From the NCBI GenBank assembly GCA_004764695.1, contig SMSO01000034.1, positions 4,588,001 through 4,652,000 of the forward strand: 64,000 bases of DNA. The letters are read 5' to 3'. A program made the translations under genes and the position numbers. Shown piece by piece: positions 23,523 through 32,700 of the stretch. The notes beneath the pieces were generated by a model that was not told the DNA's origin, ran no database searches, and worked only from the letters and a program-made list of their open reading frames with translations. The stretch is from Schizochytrium sp. TIO01. Lineage: Eukaryota; Protista; Bigyra: Labyrinthulomycetes. The first letter of the stretch is position 1. Every line of letters begins with the position of its first letter.

Positions 23523-24893
23523 TTAAACGTATTCGTCGGCTCTGGCAGGCGCGTTTCCTGGCAAATCGCCATCTCTGGTGTGGAAAGATGCTACTTTTTC
23601 TTTGAACTTTTCGGCGGTACGGTATGACGCAAGGTGTTGCATGTTCACGCGAAAGGTTGATGTATCTGTAAATGATGGGTCAACTGGGCTTTCAAAGTTG
23701 TTGCTTAAATCCTGCTTTGCTTCAAGTTCAGAGATACGCTTCACTCGATTAGAGAGGACACGCCAAATGTACCATTGAGCAGCAACAAGAACACCTAGAA
23801 TCCCATACACAAATATGTCATTAAGGATGGTCGCTGCACTTATTTTCCCGACAGGAGCATACTGTTTCCAGTCCAAGGCCAAGACCGCATAAGCTACTCC
23901 GCCAATCAATGTCACGCATGACCAAAGTATTGCCGAGCGGGTGGTTGTGTGGACAAACTTTAACATCTTTCGATAGCGTTCGAGTGGAGCCTTCGCTTGA
24001 TTAGGTCCATACGTGAGTTGAGCTGGTGTTTCTACAACTGGTCGAAGTCCTTCGGTCTTTATGGTCTCAGGTGTTTTCGGTGGCGCCGTGAAGTCCTGTG
24101 ACTTGGATTTGGGTCGTTGGCGTTCAGGGTCAACAGTCGAACTAGCCTCGTGCAGGAGTGCTGTAAGACGACGGTGGCCGACAATAAAGGAAAGAACTAC
24201 AAAAATGATGAACGGAAAAGCAACTAGCATTGTGTAGAAGGGCTGATTCAAAGTCATCACAACAACAATGGCAGCCGTAAACACGATTTCAAACACGATG
24301 ATAACTTTTCGATACACGGTTAAAAAGCGCGGCTGATGTCGGAGCTTGCGGGTTTCATGCGCCACTTGTAGCCAGAGTAAGGAGACATTCAGAGCTACTA
24401 ATGTTGTGAATGTTGCTGTAAGACCTGTGAAAGCGCGATCATAAGAAACTAGTTCAGAATGTTTGTTTGGACCATTCTTCAAGCGCCTAGTGAAGAGACC
24501 TGGTCTCAAGAAAGTGCAGATCGCAATCAACCTCCAAGCAATCAATACCCATAACGCAGTTGTTGCAAAAATCGCAGTAACATTTCCAGCTGTGAAAAAA
24601 GAGAAACCTTTATCAACCCTGCTTACTCGCCATAGTGTTTGCAAGCCCTTGATTGCCCAGACGCAAGCATAGAGAGCTGTAAATGCCTGTAGGGAGATTG
24701 ATACGTATGTTGGCATAGAGTACTCAAGACAATCAGACCCAGTCCAACCATACCAAGTGGAGCATGCACACGTGGAGGGCCCTGCTTCGGCACCAAAGGC
24801 ATCATAATACCACGAGAGTTCCGAGGTATAACATATCAATGTTGTTGGACAATCCCAGTCTGTGGTGCAATTAACATTAGTACTATCATTCAT
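23523..24893 (-). CDS. EGF-like Cys-rich / 7TM receptor-like protein, paralog 2
   Basis: 456 aa. CTTDWDCPTTLICY...CACSTWYGWTGSDC, LNVSLLWLQVA, QWYIW, ASFH, ends DEYV. Confidence 0.85.
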   Translation of the reverse strand: MNDSTNVNCTTDWDCPTTLICYTSELSWYYDAFGAEAGPSTCACSTWYGWTGSDCLEYSMPTYVSISLQAFTALYACVWAIKGLQTLWRVSRVDKGFSFFTAGNVTAIFATTALWVLIAWRLIAICTFLRPGLFTRRLKNGPNKHSELVSYDRAFTGLTATFTTLVALNVSLLWLQVAHETRKLRHQPRFLTVYRKVIIVFEIVFTAAIVVVMTLNQPFYTMLVAFPFIIFVVLSFIVGHRRLTALLHEASSTVDPERQRPKSKSQDFTAPPKTPETIKTEGLRPVVETPAQLTYGPNQAKAPLERYRKMLKFVHTTTRSAILWSCVTLIGGVAYAVLALDWKQYAPVGKISAATILNDIFVYGILGVLVAAQWYIWRVLSNRVKRISELEAKQDLSNNFESPVDPSFTDTSTFRVNMQHLASYRTAEKFKEKVASFHTRDGDLPGNAPARADEYV

Positions 24894-25911
24894 TTTTTAA
24901 ACACGTGAGTGGGCAAGAACTCCTGCCGTATATAGTAGTCTGAGACGTTTTTGATTTGCTGCCTTGTTGTGCTGCTGCATTTTTTTTATAAATTATCTCC
25001 TCACCCCCAACCCCCAAACAGCTCTTTGCGAACTTGTTATCACAACTCCTTCTCCATGCTATTTGGACAGTACGAATCGGTGAGACTTTTCTCACGCGTT
25101 GGATCTTGGGGTGTTTAGGGGAACACATATTTTCTCATAGTGGTGTGACTGCGACAGAGAAAAGGTAAGCACGAGTCACCTAGAGCTACTGCACGTGCTG
25201 GAAGCTAAACTTGGTATCTATTAGTTTACAGTCGGCAAGTAGGTACTACTCTTTGATCTTGTTCTCCATCGCAGCCTCATACGATATTTAAGGGAGGTAA
25301 GTCAAATAACTCTCAGTACTCAGGAACTTCATAGTGAAAGTAGCTCCAGGGATGTTAGAACAAAGTGAAATAAAGAATCTCGATATACGATACTGAAATA
25401 GCAAGTCCCAAATGAGACACACGTACAATGTCTCCTGCACGTGCGGGCTGTGGTTGGCGCACGACTGCCCGTGTAAAGGCATATTTGTCAGCAATGGAGT
25501 ATCTAGGTGCTTGCTATGAAGGGTTCAAGGTTTGAGCTGATCTCTACTATGCTGAGAGATGTTTCACCATAAGAGACTTTTGTACACTGCTGGGGACTGT
25601 TTTGAGAAGCCCTAAGCCACAAGACCATCCATTTAGAATGTACTTCCAGTTTGAGGTAGTAGCACGTGTAGATATAGCATGCTGCGTTTCGCGAGAGACA
25701 AAATACAAGAGCAGTAATGTGAGCTAGAGTTGTATCCTTGGCGCTAATGTGGCCGATGTTGAATATTAGATATTTGCAAAAAGAAAGATTGGAAACAGAA
25801 GAAACAAATAACGTTAAAAGCGATAACTTATATTTCGATGTGATTGTTTCATATTAACCATATATTATGTTTAGTTAGATTATTAATAAGAAGTAGAGGT
25901 TAGATAAGAAA

Positions 25912-26610
25912 ATGGGGAGGCCGAGGAACCGACAAGCTCCAAACACTGCAAGTGGAGCAAACCTCGAATACAAACCAGCAAAGTTCTTTCACCAGAAGTT
26001 TGGGGTCTCAGCAAGCGCCCTTCGGGGCTGGGCCGACGGCGGACGCGTGCGCTTCGCGCGCTTCCCCGGAGGCAAGCGCATCTATGCCAGCGACGATGTT
26101 GAGCGCATCTTTGATTGCGGTTCCACCGGCCGCGAGCAACGCAGCTCTGGATGTACCGTTATCTACGCCAGAGTGTCCTCGGTCAAGCAAAAGGAGGACC
26201 TCGAACGCCAGGTTGGCGATCTCCAGCGCGCCTACCCAGATGCTTCCGCCGTCTACAAAGACATCGGTAGCGGGGTCAATTTCAAACGCCAAGGTCTGTG
26301 CTCCCTACTGGACGCCTGTGACCGCGGCGGAATCGGCCAAGTTGTGGTCATGCACCGCGACCGACTTGCGCGAATCGCAGTCGACCTCTTGGAACACCTT
26401 TTCGAAAGACAAAATGTCAAACTCGTGGTACACGGCCAAGATGCACATGCCGGAGACTCAGACACCTTCACCAAAGACCTCCTCGGAATCATCACCGTCT
26501 TTGTGGCATCGCATCACGGAAAACGAGCAGCGCAAAATAGACGGCGACGACGCAGCGAGGAAGAAGCGAGCTCGCACGAAGGCGCGCAAGACCATCAAGA
26601 AAGAATATAA
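25912..26610 (+). CDS. tnpA: IS607-family serine recombinase/transposase TnpA
   Basis: 232 aa. N-terminal MerR-like HTH (GVSASALRGWADGG...PGGKRIY) precedes the catalytic domain IYARVSS (Ser at 26176), QKEDLERQ, DIGSGVNFKRQGL, HRDRLAR, DLLGIITVF. This HTH-first order is diagnostic of IS607 TnpA. Confidence 0.95.
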   Translation: MGRPRNRQAPNTASGANLEYKPAKFFHQKFGVSASALRGWADGGRVRFARFPGGKRIYASDDVERIFDCGSTGREQRSSGCTVIYARVSSVKQKEDLERQVGDLQRAYPDASAVYKDIGSGVNFKRQGLCSLLDACDRGGIGQVVVMHRDRLARIAVDLLEHLFERQNVKLVVHGQDAHAGDSDTFTKDLLGIITVFVASHHGKRAAQNRRRRRSEEEASSHEGAQDHQERI

Positions 26611-27888
26611 CCTTGTCCGTACCAGAAAGGTTAGGGTATATCCTACTAAAGATCAACGTACACAGTTGCTTAAATGGTTTGGTGTCACTAGAAGAGCCTA
26701 CAATATTGGCGTTGCGTTTCACCGAGACATGGCGAAGGGCGAGAAAGAAGCCATCAAATTGCATCAAGAAGCGTGCATCAAAAAGGATCGTAAGACGAAG
26801 CAGGTTTTGGTAGATGAAGATGGGAATCCAAAAACACATGGGGCCCTTGGTGGAGAACTGAATGCCGTCCGATATAAAGAAAGACATGATGCTCCTAAAT
26901 GGGTTGTCGAGGTCCCACAGGCTATCCGTGATTCCGGGATTCGGGATTTCTTCAAGGCTATTAACTCGGGACGAGCCAAAAACGAAGAACTCGCTGTACA
27001 AAAGAAAGTCCATGAGCAACTTTTTATAAGTTTCGGACCAAGCGTGATGAATCACAGATTTTCGAAGTGAATGCACGTACCTGGAATTTGAAGAAATCAA
27101 AGACCTCCAACTTTCTAAAAGAATTCCGAACACGTAAAGAAGAGTTCCCCGACCAGATTTCGAACGCCATGCGTGTGCAAATGAATCGCCTTGGGCATGT
27201 CTACTTCTGCTTCTTACGAGAAGAAAAAAAGCGTCCAATGGACCAGGCACCCAAGGCGCACCATGGTGTCATTGCTCTAGACCCGGGTGTTCGCTCGTTT
27301 CAGACGATGTATGACGCCGATGGCCGCGCCATTGAATGGGGCACAGGGAAAGATTTTAGAACCATATTCTATCTCTGTCGCCGCGTTGATAAGATCCAAA
27401 GCAGCATTGATAAAAAGAAAACTGCATCCAGTGATAAAGACAATTTCAACACCCCCTTGAAGCGCGCCTTCTATCGCGCCCAACTCAAGATCAAGAACAA
27501 GATCACTGAGATTCACCGCAAGCTCGCGCTTTGGCTTTGTGAAAACTATCGTGTTATTCTCCTGCCCAAATTCGAAACCTCTAAGATGAGCAGGAGGATG
27601 GAGCGACGGATCTCCAAGAAGTCTATTCGAATGATGTGTCGTTGGTCCCATTTTGGGTTCCGCCAGGCTCTCATTCATAAGGCTGAGATGTTCCCGTGGT
27701 GCAAGCTTGTTCTTTGCCAAGAAAGTTACACTTCCAAAACATGCAATGAGTGTGGTACCCTCCACCATAACCTCGGGGCATCCAAGATTTTCCAATGCCC
27801 TAATCCCAAGTGCAACCATGTAGCAGACCGTGATATCCATGCCGCAAGAGGCATCCTTTTACGCTACCTATCCAAAGACATGATTTAA
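26084..27888 (+). CDS. tnpB: Fanzor2 / TnpB RNA-guided RuvC endonuclease, split by a single frameshift near 27021-27025
   Basis: 5' part (frame of ORF 25952-27070; first ATG 26084, alternative 26240): RTRKVRVYPT..Q...L.KWFGVTRRAYN and W...P..IRD...DFFKA. 3' part: YKFRTKRDESQ, RuvC-I IALDPGVR (D at 27280), ILLPKFE, QESYTSKTC (E at 27721), zinc finger CNECG...CPNPKC, RuvC-III DRDIHAARGI (D at 27832). Adding one T gives a continuous ~601 aa protein. Confidence 0.9.
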
Positions 27889-27994
27889 AAAAAATCATTT
27901 CATTGAGTCGCGGGTTAGTCTAACTAATCCGCGATCGGGTCTTAGACCTGCTATGAAATGCAAGTTTTGCAAATTTTGTAGTTTAAAATCTAAG
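27880..27994 (+). ncRNA. Putative omega-RNA (reRNA) scaffold of the Fanzor2; guide predicted from about 27995 onward
   Basis: Immediately after the Fanzor stop. Closing stem CATTTCAT (27896-27903) / ATGAAATG (27953-27960) encloses an 11-bp hairpin TCGCGGGTTAG-TCTAA-CTAATCCGCGA (27908-27934) and a 6-bp hairpin CGGGTC-TTA-GACCTG (27936-27950). Position matches the known right-end location of TnpB/Fanzor guide RNAs. 5' end unknown. Confidence 0.65.
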
Positions 27995-28028
27995 AGAAGA
28001 AACAAATTGGGTTTCACATTGTGATTAC

Positions 28029-28230
28029 AAAAGAAAGAAAGAAAGAAAGAAAGAAAGAACGAAAGGAAATTGGAAGAAAAGCTGAGGAAGCCTATTTCTT
28101 GTGGAATAGTACATACTCTTGGCTCGGAGCTTGACGATGTGATTGTAGAAACAGTTTCTTCAATCTTGAAGTAGAATGCGTACTACTAATTTATCCTATT
28201 CATTTTTCCTTTCTTGGACAGAAGGAACAG

Positions 28231-28261
<31 letters not shown>
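28029..28261. repeat. (AAAG)n at 28029-28059 and (AC)n at 28233-28261
   Basis: Directly visible simple repeats. Confidence 0.9.
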
Positions 28262-28468
28262 TCTATAAAACGTTTCCTCATGTTTAATTCACCAAAAAAC
28301 AAGCTCGAAACGAAAAGAAGGGGAGAATGATTGTGGACAGACCTAACGCTGTTCACAACATAGAGCATATCTCCATATTACAGTGAACTTAATTGAAGCA
28401 ACACTCTGGACACGAAAGAAGGAAAGAAGACAAGCCCAGTAGCGCCCCCAACATTTGTTCTGAGGCGT

Positions 28469-29770
28469 TTAGACGTAGTCATCATTGGGGTCGTGGTGCT
28501 TCTTTTCTGGCTCATCCTCATAATAGTCGGCATGAAAAGATGCTGCACCCTCCTGGAACCTCTGTTGGTATGGAACAACAGGCTGCGTTGAGCCTGGCTT
28601 GTTGTTAAATGTCGGGTTCACTGAAAATGTGTTTGTGAAGGAATTGTCTTCCTTAGAAGCTGTCTTGAACTCGGTGATCTGCTTACGGATGCGACGAGTG
28701 CGAGCACGAATGACTCGCCAGATATACCATTGAACGGTTGATACGACACCGAGAATACCAATGCTAAAAACCTCATTCATGGCGGCTGCAGAGTTTACAT
28801 GGCCAGGTTTTCCATATGCTTTCCAGTTCATGCTAAGAACCGCATACGAAGCACCGGCACCAAGCGTGACAAGGCCCCAACCAATAACCATACGGCTAGT
28901 GTTACGGATGAGACGCATCATACTTTTGTACTTGCGAGTTTTTGTGGATGCCTCAGATTCCTGCTTGGAGTTGTTAAAGGATGGTTCATCATCCTTACTG
29001 GTGTTGTTATCAACAGAGGCTGAATATGAGGTGGTCATACTATGCAACAACCTGGTCATACGGAGTTGACCAATGAAGAAGGTGATTTCCACAAAGACTA
29101 TGAAGGGAAATGCAGCAATGGTTGCATATGAAGGCATGTTGAGACCAAGGAGGATAATCAGAATGATTGTGAAGATCACCTCAAAAACAAGAATGAGCTT
29201 GCGGTAGAAGCCGAGATAGGTTGCTTGACGGCGGAATTTCTTTGAGGTGTTTGCCACTTGAATCCACATGAGTGAAACATTAAGCGCACAGAGAGTTGCA
29301 AAAAGTGCGGTAAGGCAAGCGAGCACACGATCTCCCATCGTGTAGTCAGTGTATTTATCAGTATCTTCTGATACCGTGTAGGTGTATTTGGTAGGACTTG
29401 CGTAGATCACCATCAGCAGTGTCCTATAAGTTGCGAGCACAATGAGTGCCACAGTAGAGTAAATTGCGGTGATGTTGGACGCGTTGAAGAATTTTCCTTC
29501 TTGCTGGACAGAAAATAGTCTAAAAAGTACATAGACACCGACTGCTGCCCAGCATATGGACACCAGCGAAACACAACCCTGGATCACCAGATACACATAG
29601 GTATGAGTGGAGATTTCATCACAATCGTCACCAGTCCAAGCATACCAGGTTGAGCAATCACACGTGGAGGTGATGTCAGATCCATATACGCTCTCAAACC
29701 ATGAAAGCTCGTTTGTGTAGCACACCAAGGTGTCAGGGCAGTCGAGATCTGTAGAACAGTTGTATGACAT
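28469..29770 (-). CDS. EGF-like Cys-rich / 7TM receptor-like protein, paralog 3
   Basis: 433 aa. CSTDLDCPDTLVCY...CDCSTWYAWTGDDC, LNVSLMWIQVA, QWYIW, EDNSFTNTF, AASFH, ends DDYV. Confidence 0.85.
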   Translation of the reverse strand: MSYNCSTDLDCPDTLVCYTNELSWFESVYGSDITSTCDCSTWYAWTGDDCDEISTHTYVYLVIQGCVSLVSICWAAVGVYVLFRLFSVQQEGKFFNASNITAIYSTVALIVLATYRTLLMVIYASPTKYTYTVSEDTDKYTDYTMGDRVLACLTALFATLCALNVSLMWIQVANTSKKFRRQATYLGFYRKLILVFEVIFTIILIILLGLNMPSYATIAAFPFIVFVEITFFIGQLRMTRLLHSMTTSYSASVDNNTSKDDEPSFNNSKQESEASTKTRKYKSMMRLIRNTSRMVIGWGLVTLGAGASYAVLSMNWKAYGKPGHVNSAAAMNEVFSIGILGVVSTVQWYIWRVIRARTRRIRKQITEFKTASKEDNSFTNTFSVNPTFNNKPGSTQPVVPYQQRFQEGAASFHADYYEDEPEKKHHDPNDDYV

Positions 29771-32700
29771 TGTAAAATTCTAAGCCTTCTATCGCTTCTA
29801 GGTATGTCTTTGCTGTTTTCTCAAACCAAACGGCTACGTGGTCCGGCGTGATTGTGCTAGCTAGTCCGCCCGCAAGGGTTTTATGCTAGATCAAAGCTAC
29901 ACCCGAAGAAAGCCAACCACAATTCCTCGCACGTGCAGGTTTCTAACGACAATAATGTTTTATTGCTCGCACGTGCCGTTGCGGATAGTACTTCACCTGT
30001 TGCACGGAGCAATATCAAACAACCACAATCACCGACACTCCCTCGAGTTCGTGTTGTATCTCTTTCAACAAGAGTCGAGAGAAGAGGCCTTGAAGTATGT
30101 TTTCTCCAAAGCAAGAGGAGCTGAAGAAATAAAACGAGCACGACACAAGGTGGTGATAGGGCGGGAATTCAATGCCCAATGTCTGGAGCAGCAAGCTCCT
30201 AGCCCTTGAAGCGTTCGTCACGTAAAGAGGTGCTCCGACGCAAGTGGCAGCCACGGTGGAGCCCAGAGATCAAAGTAGCAGCAATAGCCAACAACGGTGG
30301 CGCTTTTGCTTTACTTCCCGCCGCTGACCTTGGTCGGCGGTCTTTTGGTTTGAGGACTACCTCGGAAGCGTGGAGAAAAGCAAAAGTTGGAGATGAATAC
30401 TAATTCTTAAGACTTGGAAGGAAAGGACGAAATGCGAAAAAGGAAGAGCGGAAATTATCACAGGGCTAGCAAGCTACTAAGCTTAACACTAAAGCTAGTT
30501 CCTACCGCCACTAAAACATTTGGGGAAAAAAGAAAAGAAAAAGAAAGAAAGAAAGAAAAAGTTACTTTCATCGAGCCAACAGAATGAAACTTTAACAAGA
30601 ACTTGAAACCTCTCGCCTCGCGACGAAAGCTTCGATTGCAGGTGAGCAAGCAATTAGTAATCGGCACTGCAATCGGCGGTGGGCAAGTATTTGCAAGAGC
30701 CATTCGCTTACCTTGTATGTTTCAGATAATTCAAGTAAGACGGGCGACTCGGGGAGTGGTAAGTACTATGGCTTGGACTCGAAGTTTTATGGTCGCTGTT
30801 ACTTCCCGATGGTTGTTGTACCTTAGTGACTGCTATGCATTCACTTGGGTCTTGAAAGAGGATCATTTGTTCAAGTTGATCTTGGTTGCTCTAGCTCATA
30901 CCTCTCCAAAAGCTGACTGACACTGGAGTACCGAGGAGCTGAAAGCCTCCTGGAAATCAATCCACATCTCAGCCACCAGGTGGGATCATATTAGCCCACG
31001 TCTCTGCGGAGAACAATGCTCTCCTGCCTACAGATTGTCTCCTGCCTATTCAGTGAACTGTCCAATCAATCAACGACCTCATTCGCTGTGGCCTATCAAA
31101 GCAGCGGCATTCGACCGACTCGTGCACAAAGCTGAGTCCTTGGTCGCCGAAGAGGCATCTGAAGCCAGGTTAAAACTGGAGATTGCAAAGCCAGCTTCCT
31201 CATCGCTGCTGAGAATAGTGAATCAGGTCAATGAAATGGGCGAGTGAATGAATAAGTGAATGAAAGAAAAGTGCACTTCACTCCAACCTACAGCGCAATG
31301 CAATAAATCCAAGTGCTTTACCTTGAGCATAACAGTCGTATCACATTTCTTTCTCTGCGAAGAAGATATCGTCAGAAGCAGAAGCGATGCTTGCCAGAGG
31401 AAGTCACTCCTCTCAGGGCCTCTGTGCAAAATTGCCGTCTTCGAAATTGCGGCTTTTAGAGACTCAGCACTTGCTTGCATCTGTTTTTTGGGGATGTTCT
31501 GTAAGTGCATCGCCAATTCTCATTGTCGTCCTCCGTCATACAAAAGATACCAAACTAGCACTAAAAAACAGCAATTGCAATTTGCGATGCAGCAAATTGA
31601 GCTTGAAGCCACTGCAAACCGCACCCGCAGCACCTCCATGCCAGACTCTGCTCTGCCCAGACCTCTGCCACGTGCCTCTGGATACTCCAGTCTCCAAGCT
31701 TGCCACAACTTGAAAGTTCAACCTCATTGAAACCAACGATGATCATAAACAACGCTGACCTCACTTCATTCGGAGGATGGGTAATGCCGCGCGCGCCGCG
31801 CCAGTGGCGGGCTCCTCTGACACCTCCGTTGAGTCCCATGCTGATTACTATCCTTTCGCGTAAGCGGTCCTACCAGCACACACCTAATCTCTGCCTCTTT
31901 TCCTTTTTGTTGACTTTGCTGTGGGTAATGATAGTGGTAGCTGTATCTTACCAGATAGAGCTGGAATGAAAGGGGCACAGTAGAGGCCTGAAATGATGCG
32001 AAAGCCTTGCGAGATCAGGACGAGAGGATGACTTTGCTCTGAGGGGTGCTGGATGAACGTTTAATGGATAAGTCTTGGGATGGGTTCGGGCCTTCCAAAG
32101 GAAGACTGGCTGTTTCCATTGTTTGGGCGGAGCAGGTGTTTTATTTTACCCCTGAAAGAACGCTTTAATGCTTTTCTTCTGAAAAAATAAAAAAATGAGT
32201 TGTTTTGACGGAATTAATTCACTTTTTTTGTTAGGAATAATTCCTGAAATCAGATAGCCTTTGAATTGCTCTTTAAGACGCGCCTTAGAGGAAGCGGCCG
32301 CCCGCACAGCGGTGTGGTAGCTGGCTGAACGTGCGTTGTGTAACGAAATGAATACAAAACAATTTTCAAAGAATGATATCGCCTATGATGCATCGGAGGC
32401 TTAACAGATTCCCCTTCGCTATAGTAATAACATTCTCCTGCACAAAGCCAAACTCCATACGAGTGCTTTTTGTTATGAATGACTGACCAGCTGACAGACC
32501 GATGTCGAAATCAACAAGAGGGGCGGCACGTGAATCTGCATTTATCACATTGTACGAAGAGTTGGTGAATGCTGTAAATTATCGTGCAGGAAGCAACCTG
32601 GAGGTATCGAGGCTCGTATTCTGCAGAACAATGGCATGAGATGCGTAAATGATGCTTTGGCATAGAGTTTCGTTGATTCTAGTATTGTTATCAACTATCA

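Larger units (their letters stand above)
25770..27994 (+). mobile_element. IS607-family transposon carrying serine-recombinase TnpA and Fanzor2/TnpB (OMEGA system); ends inferred
   Basis: tnpA plus TnpB-like gene in IS607 arrangement. GC-rich tnpA within AT-rich flanks. Structured 3' end, repeated subterminal motifs, and an AG dinucleotide at both inferred junctions (25768-25769, 27993-27994). Confidence 0.85.

Noticed and set aside
25952-25954. GTG start for the Fanzor ORF (and GTG at 27067) as given by the ORF track
   Set aside because: Eukaryotic context favours ATG. The 27067 ORF is the continuation of a frameshifted gene, with homology extending upstream to about 27025.
26996-27030. Intron or canonical X XXY YYZ slippery heptamer as the explanation for the Fanzor frameshift
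   Set aside because: The local GT...AG spans are only about 20-35 nt, implausibly short next to the 194 and 468 nt DHHC introns. C TTT TTA is not in the translated frame.
26492-27840. Antisense ORFs of 252 aa (26492-27250) and 187 aa (27277-27840)
   Set aside because: Shadows of the Fanzor coding strand with no recognisable motifs.
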